The position numbers and the translations under genes are program-made. The notes below the pieces were generated by a model, which saw nothing but the letters and a program-made list of their open reading frames with translations, ran no database searches and was not told where the DNA came from. From Octopus sinensis (taxonomy: Eukaryota), in the NCBI RefSeq assembly GCF_006345805.1, contig NC_042998.1, positions 198,896,001 to 198,960,000 of the forward strand: a DNA stretch of 64,000 nt, given 5' to 3'. Positions 39,740-53,340 of this stretch are shown here, piece by piece (the stretch's first letter is position 1; every line of letters begins with the position of its first letter).

Positions 39740-40990
39740 TAAGCTTATCCTTCTGCATCCAATTTCTCGCGGGATGCCCCGCGAAACATCCAGCTTCCTT
39801 AGTAATAGCTTGAGAGCCAACACTTGAGTAAGCATAATTGATGGACCAAGGTGCAATGCTAAGCGATTCCGATAAGTGGCCGTTTACTTTGACAACCAAA
39901 TAGATGTCGCTGTACATTTCAGTGATCCAGTCTCTGAAAGCGAGAGCGAAACCGGCCGCCACGGGGAGAGGCTCCAAGTATTGGTGGTCGACCCTAGCAA
40001 AAGCTTTTGAATGAACCATATTAATCAGGGTTCCACCCATGCCAGGTTCCTTACTTACTCTTTCTATAATGCAACGTATGATTTGGAGGTTGCCATGTAT
40101 AGATCTGTTCGGGTTAGCGCATGTCTGTGGGTCGCCGACCAGCTTGTCGGCGTCAAGCGTCAATATCTTGCAATTTGCGTTCAGCAGAGTTACGGTCCTA
40201 AAGTTATCTATTTGGTCCCTCTTGTTCGGGTCCTTTCTTTGCAACACCAACACACCACGTCTCAGAACACTGGGAATTCTCCCGTTCTGCTGCCAATTGC
40301 AGTAGACATCTGCCAATAGATCACCAAACAAGTGTGGCATATGAAAATAAAGCTCGAAAGGTAGACGATCCAGCTCCGGAATATTATCACATGTGCAGCT
40401 AGTCATTGAGTTCCCTGTGTCTTCGGCTGTTACCGGCATTTTGCGGCACTCCGCATACCTGCCCCAAAGGTGCGGCATGCCGCAGAAGTAGGGTGTAAAA
40501 TCCGTCTACGTCTCCGACTCACCGCACATTTCGAACTGTTCAGGAAAGTGCCGCTGAAATTCTGCACACAGCTGTTTGGATTCAAGTAGCATGAACCCAT
40601 CCCGGTCCGTCAAAGACAGAATTGTAGCTTTGTTGGCATGTTCCGTCTCCGCCACCTGGACCCATCGGAAGGCTTTCATTCCCTCGTGTCTTAGTCCACG
40701 CACCCTAGCTCTGATAACGCAACCTCCGAGCTTGGTATTGAAGAATTGATCAAAAGCAGGTCGGTCGCTATGCCTCTTTTAGGTGCCTCTTCTAGCTTAC
40801 TAACTAGACCTCCCTTTATTCTAGATTCCTCTAACGCTATTTTTTTTTACTAAGCCCTAACGCCTTTGCTCTGATATCCCTTTTGAGAGCTATCCGTCGT
40901 TGATCGTTAACGATTGCATTCCACAACTTCCGATGGACGAGAAAATCAAGGATGTTGAGACTGATGTATTTGAGTATTTTGGAGTATGCC
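39740..40990 (-). pseudogene. Degenerate Tx1/L1-clade LINE ORF2 (RT N-terminal half)
   Basis: LDRLPFELY...RKDPNKRDQIDNFRTVTLLNANCKIL...SKAFARVDHQYL. Confidence 0.85.
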
Positions 40991-41436
40991 AAAATTAAGT
41001 AGAGTGAGATGCAGGAAAGCTGTAGACGAGAGTATCTCAGAACAAAATTGATTATGGAAAGTAGACTCAATGGAAAGAAGAAGATCAAGGCAATGAATAC
41101 ATGGGTTGTTTCTATGATGCGATGCGGTGCAGGTGTTGTTAATCGGACAAAGAACCTGCTTGAGGAAATGGATATAAAAGAAACAGGCAAGTGATGACAG
41201 TTAACAAGGATCTGCTCCCGAAAAAGGATATTCATAGACTGTGTGTGCCTAGGACCAAGAGAAGAAGAAGCCTCATAGGATGCAAGATCAGTGTAGTAAA
41301 CGAGAAGAGCAGTCTGTGAGGGAATATTAAACTTCGGAGTGAACCTTTGCTTGTTGTTGTTATAAATAACAATACGATACCTACCGAAAATGTGACGCAC
41401 CCCAAAACATTTAAGAAGCAAGATGAAGAACAAAAG

Positions 41437-41832
41437 ACGCTCGACCTTTATTCTCTAGAAAAACGACGACGCTGTGGTGATCTCATTCCTGCTCACAACA
41501 TCATAAGCGGAAAGTGTAACCTCTCAAAAGAGCTGTTCTTCACTCCTGCTCCAGAGCGTCGGCTGCGGGGTCACTCCGAAAAGCTCTATCTGCGACGATT
41601 TCATCTCAATCGAAGGAGAGGGGCTTTCTCCGTCCGGGTTGCGGATCCGTGGAATAAGCTGCCGGACGAGATAGTGAAGATGCCGACGACCGCTCGGTTC
41701 AAAGTCTCCCTTGACCAGAAATGGCCTGAACTCTTTGCATGAATACCCTCCCTGTACATAACTCCATGCCCCCCCCCTACATGGCCTTGCTTTTTGATTT
41801 TTGAGCCAAAAAATTAACTTAACTTAACTTAA
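41437..41832 (+). mobile_element. 3' end of a CR1-clade LINE
   Basis: LYSLEKRRRCGDLI...LRGHSEKL...FSVRVADPWNKLP...FKVSLD; (AACTT)n tail. Confidence 0.85.
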
Positions 41833-41865
41833 TTGGAAAATGAAAACCATGCATAGACAATGCAT

Positions 41866-42045
41866 AGGCGCAGGAGTGGCTGTGTGGTAAGTAGCTTGCT
41901 AACCAACCACATGGTTCCGGGTTCAGACCCACTGCGTGGCATCTTGGGCAAGTGTCTTCTGCTATAGCCCCGGGCCGACCAATGCCTTGTGAGTGGATTT
42001 GGTAGACGGAAACTGAAAGAAGCCTGTCGTATATATGTATATATG

Positions 42046-42129
<84 letters not shown>

Positions 42130-42346
42130 TGTGTCTGTGTTTGTCCCCCTAGCATTGCTTGACAACCGATGCTGGTGTGTTTACTTCCCCGTCACTTAGC
42201 GGTTCGGCAAAAGAGACCGATAGAATAAGTACTGGGCTTACAAAGAATAAGTCCCGGGGTCGATTTTGCTCGACTAAAGGCGGTGCTCCAGCATGGCCGC
42301 GGTCAAATGACTGAAACAATTAGAAGAGTAAAGAGAGTAAAAGAGT
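41866..42346 (+). mobile_element. Family A SINE
   Basis: Full-length match to 5822-6226. Confidence 0.9.
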
Positions 42347-43207
42347 AATACCTCAAAGAAATGAATAGCAAAGACAAGATAAACACCTAAAGGTGGGTAA
42401 GAAAAAAGTGATTTGTCCGGATGCACTGAGGCATTGATATGCAGCGCCCGGGGACAAGCCCTGAGAACTAATTACACCAAGCCCCAAATAGAGAAGAGCG
42501 GTAAATAGTCCCTTTGTAGGATGTGTGGTAGCAAAAAAAAAAACAAAATGAAATCTCACATATTGGCCCAAAAGCACTACAAAAGGAGGCACGATAACGT
42601 GGCTAAGTTTGTTCACTGGACACTGTGTGAAAAGTGCAGTTTGGGAAGCGCACGAAAATGGTACGAACATGGACTAGAGGGTGTCACTGGAAACAATGAC
42701 TGTAAGATCCTGTGGGATTTTACAATCCAATGTGACTCCCTAATCGATGCTCGGAGACCAGACATTGTTGAGGTAGACGAAAGAAAAAAGGAAACTAAGA
42801 TCATAGATATTGTCATACTTGGGGATGCACGTGTAGGTGGCAAAGAGCGGGAAAAGGTGAAAAAATACATATTTCTAAAAGAGAAACTGCAAGAATGTGA
42901 GCAATGAGGAGAATAACTGTTATCCTATTGTAAGAGCAATCGGAGCCCTAACAACCAAGTTCGAGAAATATGTCGGAGAAATTGGAATTGGCATGAGGGT
43001 AGAGTAGGCACAAAAAATTGTTCTATTGAGGACAGCTAGGATTTTGAGATTGGTAATTGGGTGTTGAAGTATCTTCTACGATCGCTAACATCCAATTATG
43101 ATTTGTGGAAAGAGATACTGCGAGATCTCTGACAACAGGTCGCTGTTCGCTCTCACGGAATCAACCAGCAGAGCACGTAAGACCTAGAGCTCTGAGAAGA
43201 AAAAATA

Positions 43208-43277
<70 letters not shown>

Positions 43278-44021
43278 GTAGTAGTAGTAGTAATAACACC
43301 GCCTGCAGCAAGCATAACAATGAGAAGACGGTGAACGTGACAGTAGAATTAACAACGATACCAATAATAGAAGTAGTAACAACAACTATAGTAATAAATG
43401 GTTATATTCCGTTGTATAATAAATACGATTATGAGGAAAGAAGAGCGGGGGTGGGTGAAACTAACTGAAGTACTGCAAACAAACAAACAAACAAGCAAAA
43501 AGCAGAAAAAAAAACCCCCATTAAACTGAATTAAGAGTTGTTATATCGAGAATTATATTTAGATTTTATTAATCATTGTTTTTCCCTTTGATATTGACAT
43601 ATTTGTCAGTAAAAATAACACTAATCAACAGTTATTAAGTAAATTAATCAATAAACACACTACATACACACACCATATACACACCATATACACCAGACGC
43701 ACGCACATACAAATATACACACACATAAACACACATACATACATACATACACACACACGTGCACGCACACAAACGCGCGCTCATATGCACACAAGCACAT
43801 ATCTTTATTTTTGTTGTTTTTAGACTCTCGCGACTCCAAGTTTTCTATTTTTAGCTCTTCTGTGACGTCATAGTTGTGGTACGCTAGGCAACGGTGACGA
43901 GACACGTGAAAATGCATATTCTTGTTTCACCTGTAGCAAGATTTCCATGGACGTTTCAAATGTAGATAAATTTATGCACTGTTAAATTGTGTTGAGTTGA
44001 ACAAGATAGAGCATTAAAAAA

Positions 44022-45588
44022 GTAGATATGTTTCTTTATTAGCCACACAGGGCTGCACACAGACAGGACAAAATTACAAGGTAGAGCTTTTCTTTTGGGG
44101 GTAAAAAAAAAGGGGGTTGGTTTTCGATCAATGGGATCGTAAAAGGAAAGAAAGAGGACAAAAAAAGGGGAGGATTTTAAAAAAAGGGGGGAAGAGGAAA
44201 AAAAGTTGATCAATAGGGATCGTAATCACAGAAATGTCAATATGAAGTGTAAAGGGGGAGACAGGTAGCGCTTCTCGGTAGCACCGCCAGGCCAGGGATC
44301 TCTGGAAGTTGTCCATAGGTCCCGGGCCGAAAGTCGTTTGAAACAGGCGGGTCAGGTATTCCTCGTCGACGCCCAGGTTTGCCCCGAGATCGTCGTCGTA
44401 CCTCCCCTCCACTAATCCCCTAGATAGATAGATATGTTTCTTTATTAGACACACAGGGCTGAACACAGACGGGACAAATTACAAGGTAGAGCTTTTCTTT
44501 TGGTGGTAAAAAAAAAGGAGGGTTGGTTTTCGATCAAAAGGGATCGTAAAAGGAAAGAAAGAGGACAAAAAAAGGGGAGGATTTTAAAAAAAGGGGGGAG
44601 AGGAAAAAAAGTTGATCAATAGGGATCGTAATCACAGAAATGTCAATATGAAGTGTAAAGGGGGGGACAGGTGAGGTTTACCCGTGGAAAGAAAAACCTA
44701 CGGAAAAGACCACGGTAACCTCGGTCAATGAAGTCACATGTTATATTTCTTTTTTTTTTCTTTTTTTTGCAAATAAGCAACTCTCTGTATTAATTTTTAC
44801 GGTTCATAGAATCATAGTCAAGGTGGCTTCGTCATTCATACGTGCCATCCATGCTACATTCACCCATCTTTTTTTAAAACATTCACTAGACAAAACTTGC
44901 CTCTCTACTCTCACTTTCCTCTTCAAGTGATACTTGAAGAAGTTGATGAGAGATTGACCAGAGAGTAAAGTGTTTGTCTCTAATCCTTTCAGGCGCGTCC
45001 ACCAGATACATTCTTTCGCCCTCCTTCCGTTTGAAGGAAGGAGGCGTGACGATATTAACGATAGACTCGGCTGATAAACCGACACGTCCCACACGTGACA
45101 GCAGTCGTTCGACATAAGCCCACAGGTCGGAAATTGCTGGACACTGCACGATTGCGTGCAGAGCGGTTTCGTCGCTCTGCCCGCATCTCGGGCAGGTCGG
45201 CCCGTGTTTCTCGAACCATGCCTATAGAGCTTATCCCGAACGGGTAGCGCTTCTCGGTAACACCGCCAGGCCAGGGATCTCTGGAAGTTGTCCATAGGTC
45301 CCGGGCCGAAAGTCGTTTGAAACAGGCGGGTCAGGTATTCCTCGTCGACGCCCAGGTTTGCCCCGAGATCGTCGTCGTACCTCCCCTCCACTAATCCCCT
45401 AGATAGATAGATATGTTTCTTTATTAGACACACAGGGCTGAACACAGACGGGACAAATTACAAAGTAGAGCTTTTCTTTTTGGGGAGAAAAAAAATGGAG
45501 TAGGTTTTCGATCAAAAGGGATCGTAAAAAGAAGAAAAAAAACAGAAAAAAAGGAAAGAAAAAACGATCAATAGGGATTGTGTATCAC

Positions 45589-45590
<2 letters not shown>
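44022..45590 (-). mobile_element. Concatemer of three Tx1/L1-like LINE 3' ends next to (TAGA)n
   Basis: C-terminal zinc-finger region AWRCYREALPVRDKL...CPRC..DETALHAIVQC (frameshifted). The 3' tail ...agccctgtgtg..taataaagaaac occurs three times. Confidence 0.85.
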
Positions 45591-45629
<39 letters not shown>

Positions 45630-45671
45630 CATACATACATACATACATACATACATACATACATACAAACG

Positions 45672-45725
<54 letters not shown>

Positions 45726-45863
45726 TTCTCAGGTGTTTTCTAAATCATCATGCCGTTCATGCAACATAATAAAAACTCAAAAAGCATAAGGTACCACAGT
45801 TTTATATAGTTTATTTGCTTGATTTGATTGTTTGCTTCAGTGTTCAATATATATTTGGATGAT

Positions 45864-46241
45864 GGAAGCACTCCATCGGTTATGACGACGAGGGTTCCGG
45901 TTGATCCGAATCAACGTAACAGCCTGCTCGTGAAATTAACGTGTAAGTGGCTGAGCACTCCACAGACACGTGTACCCTTAACGTAGTTCTCGGGGATATT
46001 CAGCGTGACACAGAGAGTGACAAGGCCGGCCCTTTTGAAATACAGGTACAACAGAAACAGGAAGTAAGAGAAAGTTGTGGTGAAAGAGTACAGCAGGGAT
46101 CACCACCATCCCCTGCCGGAGCCTCGTGGAGCTTTAGGTGTTTTCGCTCAATAAACACTCACAACGCCCCGTCTGAAAATCGAAACCGCGATCCTATGAC
46201 CGCGAGTCCGCTGCCCTAACCACTGGGCCATTGCGCCTCCA
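45864..46241 (-). mobile_element. Family C SINE
   Basis: TSD caatatatattt. Confidence 0.9.
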
Positions 46242-46921
46242 CAATATATATTTATGAAACCGTAGAAGCTTGGTGCACCAAATTTCTTATCAGCAAATAT
46301 TAAAGCAAACAGGCTTCTTTTCGTTCGTTAACATTTTGGTTACGACAAGTTAATATTGGCAATCTTGGTTAAGGTTGATTTATGTCAGTGCAGATCGCAT
46401 GTCAGCAGACATAACCCGTGAGGTAGGTTGTGGCTAGCAATATTTACAAGAGCAGAACTTCAAGCAAAACATCTACGGTAGGAAGAACTTCTAAGTTGCA
46501 ATGAAATAACGAAAGAAATTAGTAAAAAGTAGTACAGAAGAATCAGGTTAAAATTAATTAGATTTTTTTTGGGGGCCCAAGGCCAGCAGATTTTGGGGGA
46601 GTGGGGTAAGTCGATCGTATCGACCCCAGTACTCAGCTGGTACTTATGTTATCGACCTCGACAGAGTTAAAGGCAAAATCGACCTCAGCGCCAGAAATAT
46701 GATAATAGGTATGAATACAATAGCTGACAGTGTTATATGCTACGCTACAAAGCTATACCCTATTTTCCCTTCAAAAATTGATATTGGTAAATTATACGTA
46801 TTACAGGCACAAGGAGGAAGGGATCTGATACAAAGAGAAAATTCTTTCTATCATTCTATGAACCCTTTGACCGCTCTGATAGATCACATTTAGGAGCCAG
46901 CTGATGGCATTTATATTAAAA

Positions 46922-48087
46922 CCTATTTCTTTACTACCCACAAGGGGCTAAACACAGAGGGGACAAACAAGGACAGACAGGCGGATTGAGTCGATTATTT
47001 CGACCCCAGTGCGTAACTGGTACTTTATTTAATCGACCCCGAAAGGATGAAAGGCAAAGTCGATCTCGGTGGAATTTGAACTCAGAAAGTAACGGCAGAT
47101 GAAATACCTATTTCTTTACTACCCGCAGGGGGCTAAACACAGAGGAGACAAACAAGGACAGACAGACGGATTAAGTCGATTACATCGACCCCAGTGCGTA
47201 ACTGGTACTTAATTTATCGACCTCGAAAGGATGAAAGGCAAAGTCGACCTCGGCGGAATTTGAACTCAGAACGTAGCGGCAGACGAAATACCTATTTCTT
47301 TACTACCCGCAAGGGGCTAAACACAGAGGAGACAAACAAGGACAGACAGACGGGTTAAGTCGATTAGATCGACCCCAGTGCGTAACTGGTACTTAATTTA
47401 TCGACCCCCCAAAGGATGAAAGGCAAAGTCGACCTCGGCGGAATTTGAACTCAGAACGTAGCGGCAGACGAAATACCTATTTCTTTACTACCCGCAAGGG
47501 GCTAAACACAGAGGAGACAAACAAGGACAGACAGACGGGTTAAGTCGATTAGATCGACCCCAGTGCGTAACTGGTACTTAATTTATCGACCCCCCAAAGG
47601 ATGAAAGGCAAAGTCGACCTCGGCGGAATTTGAACTCAGAACGTACCGGCAGACGAAATACCTATTTCTTTACTACCCACAAAGGGGCTAAACACAGAGG
47701 AGACAAACAAGGACAGACAAACGGATTAAGTCGATTACATCGACCCCAGTGCGTAACTGGTACTTAATTTATCGACCCCCCCCCCCAAAGGGTGAAAGGC
47801 AAAGTCGACCTCGGCGGAATTTGAACTCAGAACGTAGCGGCAGACGAAATACCTATTTCTTTACTACCCGCAAGGGGCTAAACACAGAGGAGACAAACAA
47901 GGGCATACAGACGGGTTAAGTCGATTATATCGACCCCAGTGCGTAACTGGTACTTAATTTATCGACCCCCGAAACGATGAAAGGCAAAGTCGATCTCGGT
48001 GGAATTTAAACTCAGAACGTAACGGCAGACGAAATACGGCTACGCATTTCGCCCGGCGTGCTAACGTGTCTGCCAGCTCACCGCCTT
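46922..48087 (-). mobile_element. Family B SINE array (head plus 6 bodies, period about 185 bp)
   Basis: Units near 46922, 47108, 47292, 47477, 47662 and 47853. Confidence 0.92.
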
Positions 48088-48488
48088 CATTTATACTAAT
48101 ACCTACAAACTATGAGGGCTCAATTCGCACTCCACAGACAGCAGCTTATTTGATAATTTCACAGCTAATAATTGATCCCGAAGCATTATTTCTTCCCCAA
48201 ATCGAACGACTTTGTTATACGAAATGCAAGCCCACGGTAAGAGAGAAGTAGCTGGGAGTGACAGGACAAAGGGGGAAAGTAAGAAAGTGAGAGAAGGGAT
48301 CATTTTCCTGATGAGAAACAGAAACTCCAAAAGTTAAGTATACTTTATCCATCTTAACTATTTTTGATAGCCAAAAGCCAGACTAGGCAATAAAGAAGCG
48401 TCAATTTTCTTTTAACAACAGCCTTTGGTAACTAAAGAGTTAGTAACTAGTTACTTTATTCCGACAACAGTTTGGTGTATAAAATGCA

Positions 48489-48707
48489 TACTCTCTTACT
48501 CTCTTACTTGTTTCAGTCATTTGACTGCGGTCATGCTGGAGCACCACCTTAATCGAGCAACTCGACCCCGGGACTTATTCTTTTGTAAGCCCAGTACTTA
48601 TTCTATCGGTCCCTTTTGCCGAACCGCTAAGTAACGGGGACGTAAACACACCAGCATCGGTTGTCAAGCAATGTTGGGGGACAAACACAGACACACAAAC
48701 ACACACA

Positions 48708-48774
<67 letters not shown>

Positions 48775-48968
48775 ATATATATTATATATATATATATACA
48801 TATATACGACGGGCTTCTTTCAGTTTCCGTCTACCAAATCCACTCACAAGGCATTGGTCGGCCCGGGGCTATAGCAGAAGACACTTGCCCAAGGTGCCAC
48901 GCAGTGGGATCGAACCCGGAACCATGTGGTTGGTAAAGAAGCTACTTACCACACAGCCGCTCCTGCGC
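48489..48968 (-). mobile_element. Family A SINE
   Basis: The empty site aaaatgcat|gttgaca is present in the duplicate at about 51171-51186. Confidence 0.9.
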
Positions 48969-49322
48969 ATGTTGACAAATGTATAATTTGTAACACTGGG
49001 GCGTCTCTAGAAACCGAATTACCTCGATTCCAGATGTAATTTGTAGTGATAACTGTCCCAATGTAACCTTGAAATATTCCATCAAATTATGAAAATATAT
49101 TTTTTTAAAGTTGTGTTTCTCTGTATGCCGTCTCTAAAGATGTTATTATAATTTATTTTACAATATCTGCTAATTCTTTGAATGCAACCAGATATGTAAA
49201 CTGTCATTACTACTACTACTACTATTACTACTACTACTACCACCACCACCACCACCACCACCACCACCACCACCACTATCACCACTACCACAACCAATTC
49301 CATTGCCTCCACCATCATTATA

Positions 49323-50732
49323 TATTTCTTTATTACCCACAAGGGGCTAAACACAGAGGGGACAAACAAGGACAGACAAAGGGATTAAGTCGATTACATC
49401 GACCCCAGTGCGTAACTGGTACTTAATTTATCGACCCCGAAAGGATGAAAGGCAAGTCGACCTCAGAACATAACGACAGACGAAATACCTATTCTTTACT
49501 AGCCGCAAGGAGCTAAACACAGAGAGGACAAACAAGGACAGACAGACGGGTTAAGTCGATTATATCGACTCCAGTGCGTAACTGGTACTTGATTTATCGA
49601 CCCCCGAAAGGATGAAAGGCAAAGTCGACCTCAGAACATAACGACAGACGAAATACCTATTTCTTTACTAGCCGCAAGGAGCTAAACACAGAGAGGACAA
49701 ACAAGGACAGACAGACGGGTTAAGTCGATTATATCGACTCCAGTGCGTAACTGGTACTTGATTTATCGACCCCCGAAAGGATGAAAGGCAAAGTCGACCT
49801 CAGAACATAACGACAGACGAAATACCTATTTCTTTACTAGCCGCAAGGAGCTAAACACAGAGAGGACAAACAAGGACAGACAGACGGGTTAAGTCGATTA
49901 TATCGACTCCAGTGCGTAACTGGTACTTGATTTATCGACCCCCGAAAGGATGAAAGGCAAAGTCGACCTCAGAACATAACGACAGACGAAATACCTATTT
50001 CTTTACTAGCCGCAAGGAGCTAAACACAGAGAGGACAAACAAGGACAGACAGACGGGTTAAGTCGATTATATCGACTCCAGTGCGTAACTGGTACTTAAT
50101 TTATCGACCCCGAAAGGTGAAAGGCAAAGTCGACCTCAGAACATAACGACAGACGAAATACCTATTTCTTACTAGCCGCAAGGAGCTAAACACAGAGAGG
50201 ACAAACAAGGACAGACAGACGGGTTAAGTCGATTATATCGACTCCAGTGCGTAACTGGTACTTGATTTATCGACCCCCCAAAGGATGAAAGGCAAAGTCG
50301 ACATCAGAACATAACGACAGACGAAATACCTATTTCTTTACTAGCCGCAAGGAGCTAAACACAGAGAGGACAAACAAGGACAGACAGACGGGTTAAGTCG
50401 ATTAGATCGACCCCAGTGCGTAACTGGTACTTAATTTATCGACCCCGAAAGGATGAAAGGCAAAGTCGACCTCAGAACATAACGACAGACGAAATACCTA
50501 TTTCTTTACTAGCCGCAAGGAGCTAAACACAGAGGAGACAAACAAGGGCAGACGGACGGGTTAAGTCGATTATATCGACCCCAGTGCGAAACTGGTACTT
50601 AATTTATCGACCCCCGAAACGATGAAAGGCAAAGTCGATCTCGGTGGAATTTAAACTCAGAACGTAACGGCAGACGAAATACGGCTACGCATTTCGCCCG
50701 GCGTGCTAACGTGTCTGCCAGCTCACCGCCTT
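49323..50732 (-). mobile_element. Family B SINE array (head plus 8 bodies, 7 lacking the B-box, period about 168 bp)
   Basis: gtcgacctc|agaac deletion junction in the 7 distal units. Confidence 0.92.
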
Positions 50733-51195
50733 CATTTATACTAATACCTACAAACTATGAGGGCTCAATTCGCACTCCACAGACAGCAGCTTATTTGATA
50801 ATTTCACAGCTAATAATTGATCCCGAAGCATTATTTCTTCCCCAAATCGAACGACTTTGTTATACGAAATGCAAGCCCACGGTAAGAGAGAAGTAGCTGG
50901 GAGTGACAGGACAAAGGGGGAAAGTAAGAAAGTGAGAGAAGGGATCATTTTCCTGATGAGAAACAGAAACTCCAAAAGTTAAGTATACTTTATCCATCTT
51001 AACTATTTTTGATAGCCAAAAGCCAGACTAGGCAATAGTCAATAAAGAAGCGTCAATTTTCTTTTAACAACAGCCTTTGATAATTAAGAGTTAGTAACTA
51101 GTTACTTTATTCCGACACATAAGGATGTAAGACTTTATTTTGTGTGTTAGCTTACAACAGTTTGATGCATAAAATGCATGTTGACATATGCATAA

Positions 51196-51593
51196 CTAGC
51201 AGTATCGCCCGGCGTTGCTCGGGTTTGTAAGGGAAATAACTATAAAGAATTTTTAGAGAGTTATAGCCAAAATACAGCAAAAAATGCATTAAAAATGGAA
51301 AAAATATTATGGTAAATTTTTTTTTAAATCGTTGACTCATCGTAAACATTTTTAGAGAGTTACTTCACTTTATTAAAAAAAAATATACATTAAAATGGAA
51401 AAAAATTATGGTAAATTATGTTTTAAATCGTAGACTCAACGTAGACGCGCGCTAATACCCAGAAGGGCTCGATATGAATCATGACTATAAGATACCCGGT
51501 TTTGGTTAAACTGCACCGCAAAATGTGGGAGTAGTTAGGAATCTAAATCGGAGTAGACAGACACTCACACAACTTCACTTTTATATATAGAGA
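51196..51593 (-). mobile_element. Non-autonomous Helitron
   Basis: The empty site tataa|tttgtaa at about 48982-48993 shows A|T insertion without a TSD. Confidence 0.92.
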
Positions 51594-51811
51594 TTTGTAA
51601 TACTGGGGCGTCTCTAGAAACCGAATTGCCTCAATTCCAGATGTAATTTGTGGTGATAACAGTTCCAATGTAACCTTGAAATATTCCATCAAATTATGAA
51701 AATATATTTTTTAAAGTTGCGTTTCTCTGTATTCCCGTCTCTAAAGATGTCATATTTTATCTTACAATATCTGCTAATTCTTTGAATGCAACCAGATATG
51801 TAAGCTGGCAT

Positions 51812-51855
<44 letters not shown>

Positions 51856-52221
51856 TTACTACTACTACCACCACCACCACCACCACCACTATCACCACTT
51901 CCACAACCAATTCCATTGTCTCCACCATCATTATCGTCATCACCAGTCCAACATCCCTACCACCGACAACACCAAAACAACCAACGATTACCCCACCAAA
52001 CCCGAGAACTCACAACAAAGTACAGCATTGCCTCCACCTATAACGCCATTAAAATTACTAATCACGCTACACCTAATCAAACAACTACTACCAACATGAG
52101 TATCACCACCAATTCGTCCAAAACCACCACTTACCTCACCTTCAACTAGGATAACCATAACAGCAACCACAACAATAACAGCACTATCACCACACTGTAG
52201 CAAGGGAGATACGAAAGATAC

Positions 52222-52791
52222 GTGGGGTAGAAAGGGCTCCTTAGCCGTAGTGATGGCATCTATCTAGGGAGATAACCTTACAATAAATCACTCGGTCCGT
52301 AGCTTAGAAATACTGGGTTGACGTCCAGCGGGAACAGCTTTGTTTCATGGAGGAGGAAAGATCTTCTTTAGTACTTGGTTGTACAATGCTTTCCAATGTG
52401 TGTAGTAGTGGCGCGCGCACACATTATTAGCCATTTGAAAAGACTATGGAGTTTACAATTAACTGCACCAGGGTTCCTCTTCCCCAGGGAACCAGACCTA
52501 ATGGTATACCTGCGGATGTAGGTCCAGCCCCTGCTTTGCCGGGTCCTGTCTCTGATCATGTTGCACCTCCAAGGGCATCCATTGACGGTGATGCCCTCAA
52601 TCTTAACAGACGGGTATCACCTGATGGAGAAGAGTCAGCTCCCAACCAAACACCACCAAACAAACACCCACTCTCCTACCCTGATGTAATCTCCAGGGAT
52701 ACAGGCATCCGTAATGCCATGATGGACCGTGAAGTCTGGCGTAGCATGATAAATTCCATTGTCTCGACCACGGTCGAATAATGATGATGAT
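52222..52791 (+). mobile_element. Internally deleted RTE-like non-autonomous element
   Basis: 3' coding remnant LSYPDVISRDTG...AMMDREVWR, (TGA)n tail, flanking gatacgaa repeats. Confidence 0.6.
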
Positions 52792-53340
52792 GATACGAAG
52801 GTCGCTCGATCTTCAGAAATTCCAGCCAAATCTACCTTAAATACTACCTATGGGCTAAAACATTTAAACATATACTAGATAATTAAATGGTGTGTATATT
52901 ATATCAGAAAGGAAAGCAAAGATGTCCACGGTTAGAATTCTTGTTAGACAGTGAATACGCGGCGCAGAAGTAGTTTTCACATGTGCAAACGCTGTCAGCG
53001 AACGACAAAAGCTACAACTAGGAACCAAAAGTTCTTTAAAACTTAGACACAGAATATAGACAAACGCTTTTAAACAACATTAAAAAATGATTCAGGAAAA
53101 AAAGTACACGACTAAAGTGGAAAGTAACAATAATACTAACGGCAATAATACTAATTAAAATGAAAGTATCTTTATCTCCGTTTTTACTGTTCCGGGTCTG
53201 CAAAAATACAAATTAAAGAAAGTAAAATTTTTGACATAAAAAAAAATAACAAATAAGCAAAATGCATGAAAATGACACAAAAAGTACTCTAACAGAATTT
53301 CAATACAATAAAAACAACTTTATAGACTTATAGGATATTT

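Larger units (their letters stand above)
40990..43205 (+). pseudogene. R4/Dong-clade (RLE) non-LTR retrotransposon 3' part, interrupted by CR1 and SINE A
   Basis: LNGKKKIKAMNTW...; YKRRHDNVAK...ILWDFTIQCD...RRPDIV...IIDI...KEREKVKKY. Ends in (TAA)n. Confidence 0.85.

Noticed and set aside
46922-50732. Tandem arrays as CRISPR arrays or hammerhead retrozymes
   Set aside because: There are no unique spacers, the context is eukaryotic, and the unit has no CUGANGA core on either strand. They are SINE bodies.
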